From Methanobacteriota archaeon (GTDB taxonomy: Archaea; Halobacteriota; Methanomicrobia; Methanomicrobiales; Methanoculleaceae), in assembly GCA_023457135.1 (NCBI GenBank), contig JAEWMO010000065.1, forward strand, positions 1 to 51,006: 51,006 nucleotides of DNA. The letters are read 5' to 3'. The translations under genes and the position numbers were made by a program. Positions 21,048-32,197 of the stretch are shown here, in pieces (the first letter of the stretch is position 1; each line of letters starts with the position of its first letter). The notes below the pieces were generated by a model. That model made no database searches. It was not told the origin of the DNA and was given only the letters and a program-made list of their open reading frames with translations.

Positions 21048-21716
21048 TTATTCTTCTTTCTTTTTACGTCGTGCAAGGACGAAATCGTGGATGAGGATGA
21101 CGACGATGACGATGACGGCAAACTCGGCGAGGTGCAGGGGGAGGTAGCCCACGAGCGGGACCGCGACGAAGGCTTTCCCCACGATCCACTCCTTCTGCAC
21201 CGGCTCGACCACGCCGACCCCCGCGATCCGGAGGTTCCCCTGGTCGATGTAGGGGTTGTTGTCTCCTTTGGTGATGTAGCCGCCGTGCGGGTCGGCGTAG
21301 TAGTCGCCGAGCCCCGACTCCTCCACGGCGGCCGTATCGACGTACACCATCGCCCGATGGATGATCGGGTGGACGGAGTCGGCCCCGTTCGGCCGGTAGA
21401 CGATCACGTTCCCGTAGTCGCCAAACGACGTGTACCCGGTCCGCTGTCCCTCGGCCCAGGTCGTCAACCCGCCGAACCGGTCCTCGTCGACGACGAGGAC
21501 CAGGTCGCCGACGTTCATGTTCGGGACCATGCTCTCCGACTCGATCGTGACGACCGCCGGCCAGGTGCCGGCGAAGAGGTAGAGGAGAAGGGCGATACCC
21601 CCCACGACCGCGACGACCCAGAGGAGGTCCCGGGCGAGGGAGACAACCGGGTGGTCGCTCTCCCGGAACGCGGCGAGGCCCGATGCTGCACGTTGCAGCC
21701 AGGTGGTATCCGACAT
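21048..21716 (-). CDS. Signal peptidase I, archaeal Sec11/S26 family
   Basis: ESESMVP catalytic Ser, GDLV, IIHR, YITKGDNN..D. Confidence 0.9.
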   Translation of the reverse strand: MSDTTWLQRAASGLAAFRESDHPVVSLARDLLWVVAVVGGIALLLYLFAGTWPAVVTIESESMVPNMNVGDLVLVVDEDRFGGLTTWAEGQRTGYTSFGDYGNVIVYRPNGADSVHPIIHRAMVYVDTAAVEESGLGDYYADPHGGYITKGDNNPYIDQGNLRIAGVGVVEPVQKEWIVGKAFVAVPLVGYLPLHLAEFAVIVIVVILIHDFVLARRKKKEE

Positions 21717-21821
21717 TGTTCTAAAGAGAATACTATTTCCCCCTACATAGGTTCTCCCCCGTATCCGCACGGGGCAACCGGGCATGAAAAGATAAACCCA
21801 TATTGCCGGGGAGAGAATAAC

Positions 21822-23234
21822 ATGGAGTCCATGCTCGCCGACGGGGAGATAGTGCGCCGGTTCCTTGCGCTGAAGCACCAGGTCCACCCTGACGTCGTGA
21901 GTTACATCCAGGAGCAGAACGATCCGACGCTCATCGACCGGATAGCGGCGGGGGTCCCCGACGGCACCCTGGTCATCTCCGCAGAGCACATCCCGGGCTT
22001 GAAAAAGGTCAGGGACGGGACCCGGTTCCTCGTCGACCCTGAACTGGAGGTTATCACGGGGAGCGCCGGCTCCACCGGGAGCGTCAGGGGCCACGAGGAT
22101 GCCGTCCACTACTTCCGGGACCGCTACAACAACCTCTCCTCGATGATCCGGAGCCGGATGAACGTGATGCCGATCGAGGCTCTGGTCAAGTCCCCTCACC
22201 GTTACCGCGACGAGGAGTGCAATATCATCGGGATGGTGGCCGATGTCCGGACGACCGCGAAAGGCCACCGGCTCGTCGAGGTGGAGGACCCCACCGGGGC
22301 TATCCGGGTGCTCTTCAACAAGGGGAGAGGCGACGCTTTTGTGGAGGCGGAGCGGCTCCTCCCCGACGAGGTCCTCGGTGTCAAAGGAAAACTCTCAAGC
22401 GACGGCGGGCTCTTCTTCGCCGAGCAGCTCTTCCGCCCCGACGTCCCCATCAACAACGCCCCGTTCAAGAGCGACCGGCCGGGCAGAGCGGTCCTGATCT
22501 CTGATGTCCATGTCGGGAGCGACACCTTCCTCGAAGACGGGTGGAACCGGTTCGCCGACTGGCTGCAGGACTCCGATGCCGGGTATCTCCTCATCGCAGG
22601 CGATCTCGTCGACGGGATCGGGATCTACCCCGGGCAGGATAACGAACTGACGATCAAGAACATCTATGAGCAGTACGACGTCTTCGGGGAGATGCTCCGC
22701 GACCTCCCTTCAAGGATCCGGATCGTCGCCGCCCCGGGCAACCACGACGTCGTCAGGATGGCCGAGCCGCAGCCGGCGATCCCGCCGGAGTTCACCAGCA
22801 GGTTCCCGTCGAACTGCACCGTCGTCGAGAACCCCTGCCTGGTGAGCCTCCAGGGCGTCCGGGTCCTGATGTATCACGGCCGGTCGATCGACGACATGAT
22901 CGGGCTGATCCCGGGAGCCAGTTATGAGCGGCCCGGCGAGATCATGGACGAGATGCTGAAACGCCGGCTGCTCGCATCCCCCTACGGTATGCGGACCCCC
23001 ATCGCCGCGATGAAGAACGACCGGCTCGTCATCGACCCGCTCCCCGAGATCCTCCTCACGGGGCACGTCCACATCTGCGGCATCACCCGCTACCGGGGCG
23101 TCCTCGGGGTGAACACGGGCACCTGGCAGTCGCAGACGGCGTTCCAGAAACAGATGAACATCAACCCCACGCCCGCGCGCGCGGTTGTCATCGATCTCCA
23201 GACGCTTCAGCCCGAAGTAGTCGATTTCAGCTGA
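21822..23234 (+). CDS. polB: DNA polymerase D small subunit DP1
   Basis: OB fold (GMVADVRTT, EDPTG), ISDVHVGS, AGDLVDGIGIYPGQ, PGNHD, YHG, TGHVH, WQSQTAFQ. Confidence 0.95.
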   Translation: MESMLADGEIVRRFLALKHQVHPDVVSYIQEQNDPTLIDRIAAGVPDGTLVISAEHIPGLKKVRDGTRFLVDPELEVITGSAGSTGSVRGHEDAVHYFRDRYNNLSSMIRSRMNVMPIEALVKSPHRYRDEECNIIGMVADVRTTAKGHRLVEVEDPTGAIRVLFNKGRGDAFVEAERLLPDEVLGVKGKLSSDGGLFFAEQLFRPDVPINNAPFKSDRPGRAVLISDVHVGSDTFLEDGWNRFADWLQDSDAGYLLIAGDLVDGIGIYPGQDNELTIKNIYEQYDVFGEMLRDLPSRIRIVAAPGNHDVVRMAEPQPAIPPEFTSRFPSNCTVVENPCLVSLQGVRVLMYHGRSIDDMIGLIPGASYERPGEIMDEMLKRRLLASPYGMRTPIAAMKNDRLVIDPLPEILLTGHVHICGITRYRGVLGVNTGTWQSQTAFQKQMNINPTPARAVVIDLQTLQPEVVDFS

Positions 23235-23321
23235 TCATTCACCGTTTTTCCCGGGCATTTTCCGCATATTTAAAAGTGTGAAATACCTTTGTATATTACT
23301 CATTCGGAGGAATGCAGAGAG

Positions 23322-25346
<2,025 letters not shown>

Positions 25347-25354
25347 ACCCCACC

Positions 25355-25362
25355 TTTTTTTC
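25355..25362 (+). terminator. Oligo-T archaeal terminator after hppA
   Basis: T8 run 8 nt after the stop codon. Confidence 0.5.
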
Positions 25363-25473
25363 TTCCAACCGTGCCCTGTTTCGGAGAGCGGCATCCTGGC
25401 TGAGCCCATACCTTCATCCCGCCGCGCGGACAATGCTATCCTGTGAGCGCAGGATCGGGAGGTGGAAAACGGC

Positions 25474-26415
25474 ATGCTCCGCATCTATCGAACGATTGAG
25501 GGGGCCCCGGCCCCCCGCACGGAAGAGACGGGCCGGTTCGAGCCCGGCTCCTGGGTCTCCCTGATCGACCCGTCCGTCGAGGAGATCGAGAGGGTCGCGA
25601 CGGAGCTCTCCGTCCCGGGTGATTACCTCCGGGCGGCGCTCGACGAGGAGGAGCGCCCGCGGACCGAGACCGAGAACGGCGTCACCCTGATCGTCATCGA
25701 TATCCCGATGCCATATCCAGAGCAGACAATCCTCTACACGACGATGCCGCTCGGCATCATCGTTGCGCCTGATACCATCGTCACCGTCTGCCTCCGCGAG
25801 AACCCGATCCTCCAGGACTTCACGAGCGGCCGGGTGAAGCTCTTCTACACCTTCAAGAAGACCCGGTTCGTCCTGCAGATCCTTTTTCGGAACGCATCCT
25901 ACTTCCTCCAGTACCTGCGCCAGATCGAGCGGATCTCCGACCGGATCGGGGCCGAACTGAACCAGTCGATGCGGAATCGCGAGCTGATCCAGTTGATGAA
26001 CTTAAAAAAGAGCCTGGTCTACTTCTCGACGTCGCTTCGGAGCAACCAGATCGTCCTCGACAAGACCCTGACGTTCCAGCCGCTCCGGCTGTACGCGGAC
26101 GACGCCGACCTCCTTGAGGACGTCATCATCGAGAACAAGCAGGCTATCGAGATGGCGAACACCTACTCAACGATCCTCTCGGAGACTATGGACGCCTTCG
26201 CCTCGATCATCTCAAACAACTTCAACAACATCTTGAAGCTCCTCACCTCGATAACCATCATCCTCGCGATCCCGACGATGATCGCGAGTTTCCTCGGGAT
26301 GAACGTCCCGGTCCCGCTCCAGGACAACCCGAACGGGTTCCTGATCATCCTGGTCCTCTCCCTGATCGTCTCCTCGCTCCTCGCGGTGGCCATCAACCGG
26401 AAGGGCTGGCTATAA
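25474..26415 (+). CDS. corA: CorA-family Mg2+ transporter
   Basis: DEEERPR, IENKQAIEM, PTMIASFLGMN (GMN); GGAGGTGG SD upstream. Confidence 0.92.
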   Translation: MLRIYRTIEGAPAPRTEETGRFEPGSWVSLIDPSVEEIERVATELSVPGDYLRAALDEEERPRTETENGVTLIVIDIPMPYPEQTILYTTMPLGIIVAPDTIVTVCLRENPILQDFTSGRVKLFYTFKKTRFVLQILFRNASYFLQYLRQIERISDRIGAELNQSMRNRELIQLMNLKKSLVYFSTSLRSNQIVLDKTLTFQPLRLYADDADLLEDVIIENKQAIEMANTYSTILSETMDAFASIISNNFNNILKLLTSITIILAIPTMIASFLGMNVPVPLQDNPNGFLIILVLSLIVSSLLAVAINRKGWL

Positions 26416-26555
26416 CGCCCCTCGCGGGGAGGAGGCCGGACCGCCGTTCTCTCCCTCGCACCGCCGCATGTGAAAAGATCGCCACAGGGGGCCCGGCATC
26501 CAGGCGGGGCAACTGCACCACTTTCCGGGTCACCGCAACGTTAATTACTCAATCT

Positions 26556-26802
26556 TACATTATTGATCATGTAGAATCTACACGATTGATCGTGTATATC
26601 TGGGGGGACGGCCAGGCGGAAAGAGCCCGGATCGACTGGCCCCCGGCGGAGCCGGCACCGATTGCCGACAGCCGCATGTACGGCAGCACGACCACGGACC
26701 CCGGCCATGACGGTCGGCGGACCCGGAAGATCATCCCGCTTTTGCGCGGCATCGGACCCATACGGGTCCCGACCGGGGCAATCCGGCATGATTAATCATG
26801 TT
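26556..26802. promoter_or_regulatory. Three copies of an 18-bp palindromic operator-like box upstream of acs
   Basis: TACATTATTGATCATGTA (26556-26573), TACACGATTGATCGTGTA (26579-26596), GGCATGATTAATCATGTT (26785-26802). Confidence 0.7.
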
Positions 26803-26814
26803 AAAAGAGGTACA

Positions 26815-28704
26815 ATGGAACAGACGTTCGCCGTGAAACTGGAGGGGAAGCGTTACACCCCCAACCCACGGTGCAGGGCGACTGCCTGGGTGCCGGACTA
26901 TACGCAGGCATACCAGGAGTTCGCGCACGACCCGGAGGGATTCTGGGACCGGATAGCCCGTGAGCTCGCCTGGTTCAAGCCCTGGGACCGGGTCAGGGAG
27001 TGGAACTACCCCTACGCAAGGTGGTTTGTCGACGCGAAGTTAAACATCACCCACAACTGCCTGGACCGCCACGTGGCGGGTGACCGGAAGGAGAAGCCGG
27101 CAATCGTCTGGCACGGTGAGGGGGGCGAGAAGCGGACCTTCTCCTACGAGGACCTCCACCGTGAGGTGATGCGGTTTGCAAACGGCTTGAAGTCCCTCGG
27201 TGTCGGGAAAGGCGACCGGGTCTGCATCTACATGCCGCTCGTCCCCGAGCAGGTCGTCGCGATGCTCGCCTGCGCCCGGATCGGGGCCGTCCACTCCGTC
27301 GTCTTCGGCGGATTCGGGCCCGATGCGCTCGCGATGCGGATCAACGACGCGGGAGCGAAGGTCCTGGTCACCGCGGACGTCGGCTACCGGCGGGGGAAGA
27401 CCGTCCCGCTCCGGGAGATCGCGAGAGAGGCGCTCGACCGCGCACCATCCGTCGAACGGGTCGTCGTTCTCAGGCGGGAGAGCCCGGCCGTCGAACTCGA
27501 CCCGGCACGGGAGGTCGACTACGCAGCCCTCACGGCAGAGGCCGCACCGGACTGCCCGGCGGAGGTGATGGATGCGGAGGACCCGCTCTTCATCCTCTAC
27601 ACGAGCGGCTCGACCGGGGCGCCGAAAGGGATCGTGCACACCTGCGGGGGCTACATGGTCGGGACCTACTACACGATGAAGCATGTCTTCGACGTCAAGG
27701 AGAACGACGTCTTCTGGTGCACCGCCGACCCCGGCTGGATCACCGGGCACAGCTACGTCGTCTACGGCCCGCTCGCCGTCGGCACGACCGTCGTCATCGC
27801 CGAAGGGACGCCCGACTACCCGGACCCCGGCGCCTACTGGCGGCTGGTCCAGGACCTCGGGGTGACGATCTTCTACACGGCCCCGACCGCCATCCGGATG
27901 TTCATGCGCTACGGCGATGAGTGGCCGGCGAAGTACGATCTCTCGACGCTGCGGGTCCTCGGCTCCGTCGGTGAGCCGCTCAACCCGGAGGCGTTCGAGT
28001 GGTACTACCACCGGATCGGCGGCGGGCGGTGCCCGATCGTGGATACCTGGTGGCAGACCGAGACCGGGATGCACATGATCACGACGATGGTCGGGGAGCC
28101 GATGAAGCCCGGGTTTGCCGGGAAACCGATCCCGGGCGCCGTCGTGGACGTCGTCGACAGGACGGGCGCCCCGGTCCCGCCGGGAACCGGGGGGTTCCTG
28201 GTCATCAAAGAGCCCTGGCCCTCGATGCTCCGGACGGTTCACAGGAACGACGAGCGTTACCGCACCTACTGGGAGACCATCCCCGGCTGCTACACCGCAG
28301 GCGACCTCGCGGTGAAGGATGATGAGGGCTACATCATGGTCATCGGGCGGGCCGACGACCTGATCGTCGTCGCCGGGCACAACATCGGGACCGCGGAGGT
28401 CGAGAGTGCGCTCGTCTCCCACGAGGCTGTCGCGGAAGCCGCCGTCATCGGGAAGCCCGATGCCCTGAAGGGGAACGTCATCAAGGCCTTCGTCACCCTC
28501 CGCGTCGGGGCGAGTCCCGGCGACAGCCTCACCGAGGACCTCGCGAACCACGTCAGAAAGAGCCTCGGCCCCGTCGCGGTGCCGGCCGAGATCGAGTATA
28601 TGGACAGGCTCCCCAAGACCCGGAGCGGCAAGATCATGCGCCGGGTCCTGAAAGCCCGCGAGCTCGGCATGGATCCGGGCGACATATCCACCCTGGAGGA
28701 GTAG
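26815..28704 (+). CDS. acs: AMP-forming acetyl-CoA synthetase
   Basis: YTSGSTGAPKG, WITGHSY, SVGEP, DTWWQTETG, LPKTRSGKIMRR. Confidence 0.95.
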   Translation: MEQTFAVKLEGKRYTPNPRCRATAWVPDYTQAYQEFAHDPEGFWDRIARELAWFKPWDRVREWNYPYARWFVDAKLNITHNCLDRHVAGDRKEKPAIVWHGEGGEKRTFSYEDLHREVMRFANGLKSLGVGKGDRVCIYMPLVPEQVVAMLACARIGAVHSVVFGGFGPDALAMRINDAGAKVLVTADVGYRRGKTVPLREIAREALDRAPSVERVVVLRRESPAVELDPAREVDYAALTAEAAPDCPAEVMDAEDPLFILYTSGSTGAPKGIVHTCGGYMVGTYYTMKHVFDVKENDVFWCTADPGWITGHSYVVYGPLAVGTTVVIAEGTPDYPDPGAYWRLVQDLGVTIFYTAPTAIRMFMRYGDEWPAKYDLSTLRVLGSVGEPLNPEAFEWYYHRIGGGRCPIVDTWWQTETGMHMITTMVGEPMKPGFAGKPIPGAVVDVVDRTGAPVPPGTGGFLVIKEPWPSMLRTVHRNDERYRTYWETIPGCYTAGDLAVKDDEGYIMVIGRADDLIVVAGHNIGTAEVESALVSHEAVAEAAVIGKPDALKGNVIKAFVTLRVGASPGDSLTEDLANHVRKSLGPVAVPAEIEYMDRLPKTRSGKIMRRVLKARELGMDPGDISTLEE

Positions 28705-28710
28705 AGTCCC

Positions 28711-30003
28711 ATGCCGGACGCAGCGAGAGTCTTCGGGCTGCCCGCGGAGAAGGGGAGGTGGGGGCTTGTCGCCCTCGGCCTCCTCATCAACCTCTGTCTC
28801 GGGAGCATCTACTCCTGGAGCGTCTTTGTCGCGCCGCTTGCCGCGCACTTCACGGAGGCGCTCGGCCGGGAGGTGACGGCCGGGGAGGTCCTCCTCCCGT
28901 TCTCGGTCTTCCTCGCCTTCTTCGCGATAGCGATGCCGCTCGCCGGAAAGTACATCGAGCGCTACGGACCGCGGACGGTGACGGCCGTCGGCGGGCTCCT
29001 CACCGGCCTCGGGTGGCTGCTCGCCTCGACGGCGACGTCTGTCGAGGCACTCTACGTCGTCTACGGGGTGATCGGCGGGCTCGGCGTCGGCATTGCCTAC
29101 GGGGCGCCGGTCGCCGTCGCGGCCCGGTGGTTCCCGGACCGGCGGGGGCTCGCGGTCGGGCTTGCCCTGCTCGGCTTCGGGTTCTCGGCCTTCGTCACCG
29201 CGAACGCGGCAGGTGCCCTGATCGCCGCCTACGGCGTGATGGCGACCTTCCGGATCTTCGGGGTCGCGCTCATCGCCGTGCTGCTCCTCGCCGCCCTCCC
29301 GCTCCGGTTCCCGCCGGCGGGCTGGCAGCCGCCGGGATGGACCCCTCCCGCACCGGGGATCGGGACGGCCCCGGTCTGCGAGTGCGACCGGAGGGCGATG
29401 CTCCGGACAGGGACGTTCTACGGGCTCTTCGCCTGCTACTTCATCGGCTGCCTTGCGGGGCTCACCGCGATCTCGATCGCAAAGCCGGTCGGGACCGAGG
29501 TCGCCGGGGTGGATGCGGGGCTCGCGACGCTCCTCGTCGGGTTCTTCGCCGTCTTCAACGGGCTCGGAAGGCCCGGGTTCGGGAGCCTCACCGACCGGAT
29601 AACCCCGCAGAAGACGGCGATGCTGACGTTTGCGCTGATCGCGGCGGCATCCCTGCTGATGTGGCTCGCGCCGGGGGTGCCGGTCTACGTCGTCGCCTTC
29701 GCCGTCCTCTGGGGCTGCCTTGGAGGGTGGCTTGCGATCGCGCCGGCGGCGACGGCGTCCTACTTCGGGACGTGCGACTACCCGCGCTGCTACGGGGTCG
29801 TCTTCCTCGCTTACGGTGCGGGCGCCATCGTCGGGCCGCAGCTTGCCGGGTTCGTCCGGGAAGCGACCGGGACCTACCTCGGCATCTTCCCGCTCGTCGC
29901 GGCTCTCGCCGCGGTGGGGTTCGCCGCCGCCTGGCTCCTGATGCGGCCGCCGGCAGTTGCCCCGGGGAGTGCACCCCTGCCGGGATCGGCGGTGGAAGAT
30001 TAA
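28711..30003 (+). CDS. OFA-family (oxalate/formate antiporter-like) MFS transporter
   Basis: GSIYSWSVF, WFPDRRGLAVG, FNGLGR, about 12 TM helices; starts 6 nt after the acs stop. Confidence 0.9.
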   Translation: MPDAARVFGLPAEKGRWGLVALGLLINLCLGSIYSWSVFVAPLAAHFTEALGREVTAGEVLLPFSVFLAFFAIAMPLAGKYIERYGPRTVTAVGGLLTGLGWLLASTATSVEALYVVYGVIGGLGVGIAYGAPVAVAARWFPDRRGLAVGLALLGFGFSAFVTANAAGALIAAYGVMATFRIFGVALIAVLLLAALPLRFPPAGWQPPGWTPPAPGIGTAPVCECDRRAMLRTGTFYGLFACYFIGCLAGLTAISIAKPVGTEVAGVDAGLATLLVGFFAVFNGLGRPGFGSLTDRITPQKTAMLTFALIAAASLLMWLAPGVPVYVVAFAVLWGCLGGWLAIAPAATASYFGTCDYPRCYGVVFLAYGAGAIVGPQLAGFVREATGTYLGIFPLVAALAAVGFAAAWLLMRPPAVAPGSAPLPGSAVED

Positions 30004-30068
30004 GAGTGATGGACTCTGGAGAATCTCTCCGCTAAGGATCGAGTCCCCTCCAGAATATGTGATGTAGC

Positions 30069-30151
30069 CTCACGCGAAGAGCGCGAAGCCGCGAAGAGGA
30101 GGTACCCTCCACGACGCACCGAACTTCGCGTCCTTCGCGGCTTCGCGTGAG
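30069..30151. repeat. REP-like inverted repeat built from (CGCGAAG)x3 arms
   Basis: Left arm CTCACGCGAAGAGCGCGAAGCCGCGAAG; right arm CTTCGCGTCCTTCGCGGCTTCGCGTGAG; lies between convergent genes. Confidence 0.8.
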
Positions 30152-30221
30152 TTATTTAGAATAATTAATGACGATAGGGCATTCTCTGGAGATTGTGTGA
30201 AACGTTCAACGGAGAGAACGG

Positions 30222-30677
30222 TTACACCCTCTCCGTGAGCCCCAGCCGCCGGAGCACCCCGGCGGCTGCCTCCATCCCCCCGTCCAGGTAGACGGCGCCG
30301 ACGAGCGCCTCCAGGCACTCGGCGAGGACCCGGCCGGAGGTCCAGACCCTCTGGGCGGCCTCCCCTTTTCCCCAGCGGACGTAGTCGGCGAGGTCGAGGT
30401 CTTCCGCGAGCCCCCGGAGCCGGGTCATGTTCACCAGGTTCACCTTCCGATTGGTGATCGCGCCCTTGTCGTGCGCCCCGCCCAGGACCACCGCCTCCAC
30501 GACCGCGACGTTGATGACCGCATCGCCGAGGGTGGCGAGGGCGTCCATGTGGGCCTCCGGGGGAAGGCCGGCCTCCAGGGTGTAGGCGAGGCGGGTCAGC
30601 GCCCGCTCGAGAAGTTCCCGGTTCGTAAAGGCGTAGCCGATCCGCGCCTCGATCCCGGCCGGGTCCCGGCGGTTCAT
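30222..30677 (-). CDS. Ribonuclease III catalytic-domain protein without dsRBD (Mini-III-like)
   Basis: IGYAFTNRELLERALT, LATLGDAV, LAECLEALVGAVYLDGG; 151 aa. Confidence 0.85.
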   Translation of the reverse strand: MNRRDPAGIEARIGYAFTNRELLERALTRLAYTLEAGLPPEAHMDALATLGDAVINVAVVEAVVLGGAHDKGAITNRKVNLVNMTRLRGLAEDLDLADYVRWGKGEAAQRVWTSGRVLAECLEALVGAVYLDGGMEAAAGVLRRLGLTERV

Positions 30678-30686
30678 AAAAAAGGG

Positions 30687-31181
30687 TTACTCCAGGACTT
30701 CGGCCTTCTCGATCCGGACGGGGACCTTGGGCTTGTCCGCGGAGTTCGTCGCGACCTTCCCGATCTTGTCGACGACGTCCATCCCCTCGACCACCTCGCC
30801 GAAGACCGGGTGGGCGCTCGGCGTCTGAGGGTTGTCCCAGTCGAGGTAGGTGTTGTCGACCAGGTTGATGAAGAACTGGCTTCCGCCGGAGTTCGGGCGG
30901 CCGGTGTTCGCCATCGCGATCGTGCCCCGGCGGTTCGAGCGGCCCTTCACGAACTCGTCGGTGATGGTGTAGCCCGGCCCGCCGGTCCCGGTGCCGGTCG
31001 GGTCGCCGCCCTGGATCATGAACCGGGGGATGACCCGGTGGAAGATCGTCCCGTCGTAGAACCCGGATTTCGCGAGTTTTGCAAAGTTACCTGCGGTCAC
31101 CGGCATGTCGTCGTAGAGCCGGATCGTGATATCGCCCATGGTCGTGTGGAGCACGACCTTCTTTCCGTTCGCTTCTGCCAT
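30687..31181 (-). CDS. Cyclophilin-type peptidyl-prolyl isomerase
   Basis: FHRVIPRFMIQGGDP, AMANTG, GSQFFI, HPVFGEV. Confidence 0.95.
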   Translation of the reverse strand: MAEANGKKVVLHTTMGDITIRLYDDMPVTAGNFAKLAKSGFYDGTIFHRVIPRFMIQGGDPTGTGTGGPGYTITDEFVKGRSNRRGTIAMANTGRPNSGGSQFFINLVDNTYLDWDNPQTPSAHPVFGEVVEGMDVVDKIGKVATNSADKPKVPVRIEKAEVLE

Positions 31182-31502
31182 AGGCATAACTCCGTATGGT
31201 ATTATCCCGCTTTGCTACTTATACTGCGTGACGCGGGCATCACTTCCGGACGCTCGCCCTTCTTTTCGGGAGACGGAGGCGCCGGAACCCGCCAGGAGGG
31301 GCCGGCGGCCTCACGCCACTTCCCGGTCCGGGGCCGCGCTTCGTCAATATGATGTCATAAACACAAGAGAGAAGTAAACCATTATTAATCAGCTGCGTGT
31401 ATCTATTACCATGTACCCCGGAGCGCACCTGCCGTCGATCACCCGTTATCCGGGCCGGCTCACGCCGGCATCCGCCCTTCCGCTCACCGGAGGCCCTGCA
31501 CG

Positions 31503-32189
31503 ATGAACAACCGGGCACCGGTCTTCATCATCACCGGGGGGCAGGGCCAGTGCAAGACGACGTTCCTGCACCTGGTCCTCGGGCTCACCGTCGGGCTGCA
31601 CGTCCGCGTCCGGGGAGTTATTGCGCCCGGCCACATGCGTGACGGGCGGAGGTCCGGGTTCACCCTGGTCGACCTCGCCACCGGCAGGCACGAGGAACTC
31701 TGCTCGATCGACCCCGACCCGCGGTGCGAGCTCCACGGCCGGTTCTACTTCCGCCCCGAAGGGCTCGCGTTCGGCCGCAGGGCGCTCGCGCCGCCGGACC
31801 CCCACGAGACCGACCTGGTGGTCATCGATGAGGTGGGGAGATTCGAGCTCCAGGGTGCGGTCTGGGCGGAGCAGCTCGATCAGCTGCTCAGACACCCGCA
31901 CCCGCCGATGGTCTGGACCGTCCGGCGCCGGCTCCTCGATACGGTCGTCGAGCGCTGGAACCTGACGAACCCCGTGGTGGTGGATGTCGGGGCCGCGAGC
32001 GTGATGGCGACGGCGGACGCCGTGATGGAGTCCATCTGGGAATGGCGGGAGGCACAGACGTTCTCCACGGCCCGGGCGACCCCCTTCCCCCGGGACCGCA
32101 TCATCTGCGAGCCCCCGCTCTTCGCGGCCGCCGGAGCCTCATCTGGGGCGCCGGCAATCCTGCGGCGGCGCTACGGAACCGAGGAGTGA
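31503..32189 (+). CDS. THEP1/DUF2478-like P-loop NTPase
   Basis: IITGGQGQCKTT (Walker A variant), GRRSGF, LVVIDEVGRFE. Confidence 0.8.
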   Translation: MNNRAPVFIITGGQGQCKTTFLHLVLGLTVGLHVRVRGVIAPGHMRDGRRSGFTLVDLATGRHEELCSIDPDPRCELHGRFYFRPEGLAFGRRALAPPDPHETDLVVIDEVGRFELQGAVWAEQLDQLLRHPHPPMVWTVRRRLLDTVVERWNLTNPVVVDVGAASVMATADAVMESIWEWREAQTFSTARATPFPRDRIICEPPLFAAAGASSGAPAILRRRYGTEE

Positions 32190-32197
32190 CGGGGTCG

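Noticed and set aside
20859..21821. N-terminal 321-aa extension of the DP1 ORF (possible fusion or intein)
   Set aside because: It is antisense to the signal peptidase and cofH2; the real protein starts at 21822 or 21831, and there are no intein motifs.
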